From the IMG/VR virus record IMGVR_UViG_3300021082_000030, positions 1 to 55,861 of that record: a stretch of 55,861 nt of DNA, one strand, 5' to 3'. A program made the position numbers and the translations under genes. The DNA comes from a virus (Duplodnaviria; Caudoviricetes). The notes under the pieces were generated by a model. That model was not told the DNA's origin, did no database searches, and worked only from the letters and a program-made list of their open reading frames with translations. This document shows, piece after piece, positions 52,985-55,861 of this stretch; position 1 is the stretch's first letter; the number at the start of each line of letters is the position of its first letter.

Positions 52985-53619
52985 CAGACTTCCAGCCGGC
53001 TGTAGTGATAGAGCAGGGCGTGCGCGGCGCGCAGCGACTCGGTGCCGCCGCTGGTGCTGGTCGATGAGCCGCCGCCGGTGTTCGGATCGAAAAACATCAC
53101 GCGCTGATCCTTGTGGCTGATCGACTTGATGCCGGCGGTAGCCTCGCGCTGCGCTTCGGTGCGACCGTTGCGCACCAACAGCCCGGCGATGTTTTTGAGA
53201 TCGTCCGGCGCTTCGTCCGGCAGATTGTAGCCGCCGGTATAGGTGACGACGATCGGCTCGGCGCGTGAGCCGAACAGCGACAGCTTGCCGGACGCTTCCT
53301 CAAATTCGTAATCGGTGCCGGGTATGAGCGCACCGCGCGGCGCTTCGACGCTCTCGATGTCCTCTTCCTTCGCCGGAAAGTGCGACAGAAACAGCCGCCG
53401 GTCGTTAATGTCGCGCCAAGTCTCGCGCACCTTTTCCCGCGCGAACACGCGGTTAGCGATGTTCGATGCGTAGGCCGAATAACCATCGATCATCTGTTGC
53501 AGTTGCGGGTCGCTGGTCGTGTCGCCGGTGGCGATGCCAAGCATGATCTTCAGTTCGTCGAGCGAGATCAGCGCGAAGCTGGTGGCCGGTTCGAGTACCT
53601 TGATGGTTCGGTCTGCCAT
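52984..53619 (-). CDS. Head-tail connector (gp6-like adaptor)
   Basis: LISLDELK, VTYTGGY..P.DLK. Confidence 0.78.
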   Translation of the reverse strand: MADRTIKVLEPATSFALISLDELKIMLGIATGDTTSDPQLQQMIDGYSAYASNIANRVFAREKVRETWRDINDRRLFLSHFPAKEEDIESVEAPRGALIPGTDYEFEEASGKLSLFGSRAEPIVVTYTGGYNLPDEAPDDLKNIAGLLVRNGRTEAQREATAGIKSISHKDQRVMFFDPNTGGGSSTSTSGGTESLRAAHALLYHYSRLEV

Positions 53620-53622
53620 TGC

Positions 53623-54744
53623 TCAGCCCGCGTCGTCCTGAAACTGCTCGAACAGATCACGCAGATCGAGCGCCGCGCCTTCGCTGCCGTCGGTCAGCAC
53701 CGGCTTGGCGATGTAGCTCTTGCGATCGATCAACCAGCGCTCGATGCCGGGGCCGCTCGGGCCGCGATCGCCGCGCGGACCTTGCACGCCTTTTTCGCCC
53801 TTGCCGCCGTGCGCCGTGAGCAGTTGCCAGCCGTCGCCCGGGATCGGTCCCGGGTTGTCGCGCTTGGCGATGAAGCTGCCCTTGTTGAAGGCGACGATGT
53901 CGAGCCCGCGATATTGCTCGCCGTCGCTGTAGGTGCCGCGCACGCGCGGCGATGCGCCGTCGAGCCCCGGGCGCGCGAGGCAAAGCCAGTCGGTGTGCGG
54001 CGGTGCCTGTCCGGTGTCCTTGCTTGCCTGCCAGAGCCCGCCGCCGTGGGCGACGACTTGCGCCGCGTAGTGAACCGCGCCGGGCTCGTACAGCTTGGCG
54101 ATCGGCAGCAAGCCGATCGGGCCACGCTCGCCGATGTCGCCCTTCTCGCCGCGCTCGCCGATCTCCCCGCGCGCGCCTGCGGGCCCGGGCGCACCCGGTG
54201 TGCCCGGATCACCCGCCGGGCCGGCTAACCCAATATCGCCTTGCGGACCTGTTCCACCGTCAGCGCCGCGCTCGCCGGTGAGCCCAATGGGTCCGGCTGG
54301 CCCGATGTCGCCGGCGGGGCCGGCGGGGCCACCAGCGCCCTCTGCGCCGCGTTCCCCAGCGGCTCCCACGGGCCCAGCGGGGCCGGTTTCGCCAGCGGGT
54401 CCGGCGTTGCCGGCTGGCCCTTGCTCGCCTTGGATTCCTTGCTCACCTTGTGTCCCTCGCTCACCTTGCGCACCCGGTGCGCCCGGCTCACCGTTCTTCA
54501 CCAGAGCCAGCCGCGCGTTCACCAGTTCGAACACCTCGCCGCGCAGCGTCGCCGCTGCCGCGTGCATCTTGCTGATCTCGCGCTGCGCCTGCGCCTCGAT
54601 CAGCGCGCGCTCGCGTTCCCAGTGCCGGCGTTCCTGCGCCAGCGTCTCGCCGAGCGCTTCGCGCCACGCGTCAAGCAGAGCGTCGCCGGCTGATCCTTGC
54701 GGCGGCTCTGAGTATATTTCTGACTTCCCGTTGGACGCTGTCAT
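53623..54744 (-). CDS. Collagen-like head-associated protein
   Basis: Coiled-coil N-terminus, about 42 uninterrupted G-X-Y triplets, two small C-terminal beta repeats. Confidence 0.8.
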   Translation of the reverse strand: MTASNGKSEIYSEPPQGSAGDALLDAWREALGETLAQERRHWERERALIEAQAQREISKMHAAAATLRGEVFELVNARLALVKNGEPGAPGAQGERGTQGEQGIQGEQGPAGNAGPAGETGPAGPVGAAGERGAEGAGGPAGPAGDIGPAGPIGLTGERGADGGTGPQGDIGLAGPAGDPGTPGAPGPAGARGEIGERGEKGDIGERGPIGLLPIAKLYEPGAVHYAAQVVAHGGGLWQASKDTGQAPPHTDWLCLARPGLDGASPRVRGTYSDGEQYRGLDIVAFNKGSFIAKRDNPGPIPGDGWQLLTAHGGKGEKGVQGPRGDRGPSGPGIERWLIDRKSYIAKPVLTDGSEGAALDLRDLFEQFQDDAG

Positions 54745-55861
54745 TGCCTTCCCCTTTGGGCGGTGCAGGCTTCGGCGCTTCAAGACCCAGCGCGGGCGGG
54801 GCCCCCGGCGCGCTGCCGGGCCCGGGCGTTGTCGGGATCGCACCCGCTGCAGAGAGCGGCACGACTTGCTGTTGGACTCTCGGTTCATCCCCGTATTCGA
54901 CGGCGTCGAGCCCTTCGCGTTCGCGCGCTTCGTTCGGCGCATAGATGCCGCCTTGCACGCCACGCGCCAGCGCGTCGATGCGATCCTTCATCGCCGAACG
55001 CAGCAACGCTTCGGTGTCGAATTCGACATACTCGTCGGGCTGCCCGTCGAGATTGAAGAACAGCCCGAACGCCTCTTCGATATGATTGAGCGCAAAGCCT
55101 AAGCCGGTGGCGCGCCACGACTGCATCATCGCTTCGGTTGAATTCATCGGCGTGCCGCCGAGCCCGAGCAGCGGCAGCGGAATGCGGTAGGCCAGCGCGA
55201 CGTTCTGGCCCGACAGCTTCATGATCTCGGCAAGCTCGGCGTCCTTCGCGCCCATCGCCCACGGCTGCACCTTCAAGCCGGCGGTGAGGATCGGCGTGCC
55301 GCCTTGCTGCAAGCCCCGCACCTGTTCGTTCCAGCGATCGCGCAACGCTTGGACCTGATCCTTGTCGAGTTGCAGATCGGTCGACAGCACGGCGGAAGGC
55401 CGCGCTTGATTCATGTAGAAATTGATTTGCTGTTGCAGCATCGCGTTTGACGCGGCGATGTCGGACGCGGCGGCCTCAATCGGCGAGGCTCCCACCAGCG
55501 GCACCGGATAGCGCCGCGAACTGTGCAAGCGGACATGCAGCACGTCGCGCTGCGGCACCAGTATCTCGCCGAAGCGCTCCATCACGTCATTGCCGCCGAG
55601 CCGATAGAACACGTCGCCGGTCGAGCGCGCAATCTGCGGCGCGGACTCGCGCGGGTTCATCAGATGAAGCTCGTCGACCTCATAACGATCGTTGCGCAGC
55701 GCCAGCGCATAGGCATTGCCGTCCGCGTACAGCGAGCGCGTCAGGTTCAGCATGAAGTCGCTGATCGATTGATACTTGTTCGGCTTGCGCAACAGCCGCG
55801 ACAGCGCCGACGTGGTGACGCGCTCACGACCGCCTTTGCTGTTCAGCCGCCAGTGATCGCC
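54671..55861 (-). CDS. HK97-family portal protein (main part)
   Basis: DGNAYAL, DVLHVR, GASPI, NQARPS, YRIP, NEAREREGL. Confidence 0.93.
   Translation of the reverse strand, partial: GDHWRLNSKGGRERVTTSALSRLLRKPNKYQSISDFMLNLTRSLYADGNAYALALRNDRYEVDELHLMNPRESAPQIARSTGDVFYRLGGNDVMERFGEILVPQRDVLHVRLHSSRRYPVPLVGASPIEAAASDIAASNAMLQQQINFYMNQARPSAVLSTDLQLDKDQVQALRDRWNEQVRGLQQGGTPILTAGLKVQPWAMGAKDAELAEIMKLSGQNVALAYRIPLPLLGLGGTPMNSTEAMMQSWRATGLGFALNHIEEAFGLFFNLDGQPDEYVEFDTEALLRSAMKDRIDALARGVQGGIYAPNEAREREGLDAVEYGDEPRVQQQVVPLSAAGAIPTTPGPGSAPGAPPALGLEAPKPAPPKGEGNDSVQREVRNILRAAARISRRRSA
55729..55861. repeat. Terminal direct repeat, copy 2
   Basis: Matches 1-133. Confidence 0.95.

Noticed and set aside
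55729-55861. Physical direct terminal repeat of the virion DNA
   Set aside because: It lies inside the portal gene and the terminase/HNH type suggests cos ends elsewhere, so an assembly overlap is more likely

Overview
The window is an apparently complete, circularly permuted temperate phage genome of about 55.7 kb. Positions 1-133 repeat at 55729-55861 and the portal gene spans that junction. It combines an HK97-type head (large terminase, fused protease-capsid, portal placed after the capsid gene) with a Mu/P2-like contractile tail. It also carries a P4-type tyrosine integrase with a likely attP, YqaJ/RecT recombination genes, a primase-helicase, an MT-A70 methylase and a NusG-type late regulator. 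The host is inferred to be an alphaproteobacterium (high GC, VPxPxxGAGLPGL exosortase-type signal). Four features stand out. (1) An accessory operon at 26.9-31.5 kb opens with an operator-containing promoter and a ~250-nt highly structured non-coding RNA, then encodes a MoxR AAA ATPase, a DUF3150-like protein and a HExxH-vWA protein; each gene is preceded by conserved hairpin/CAAATGGAG leader elements, some resembling RNase III sites. (2) A 603-aa acidic protein in the head module ends in an R-S-E type ADP-ribosyltransferase domain. (3) The same phased 10-bp repeat occurs at the central divergent promoter and at attP. (4) The phage encodes a PEP-CTERM-like surface protein. No searches were run: family calls come from recognising motifs by eye, and several starts were refined by hand from the ORF track.
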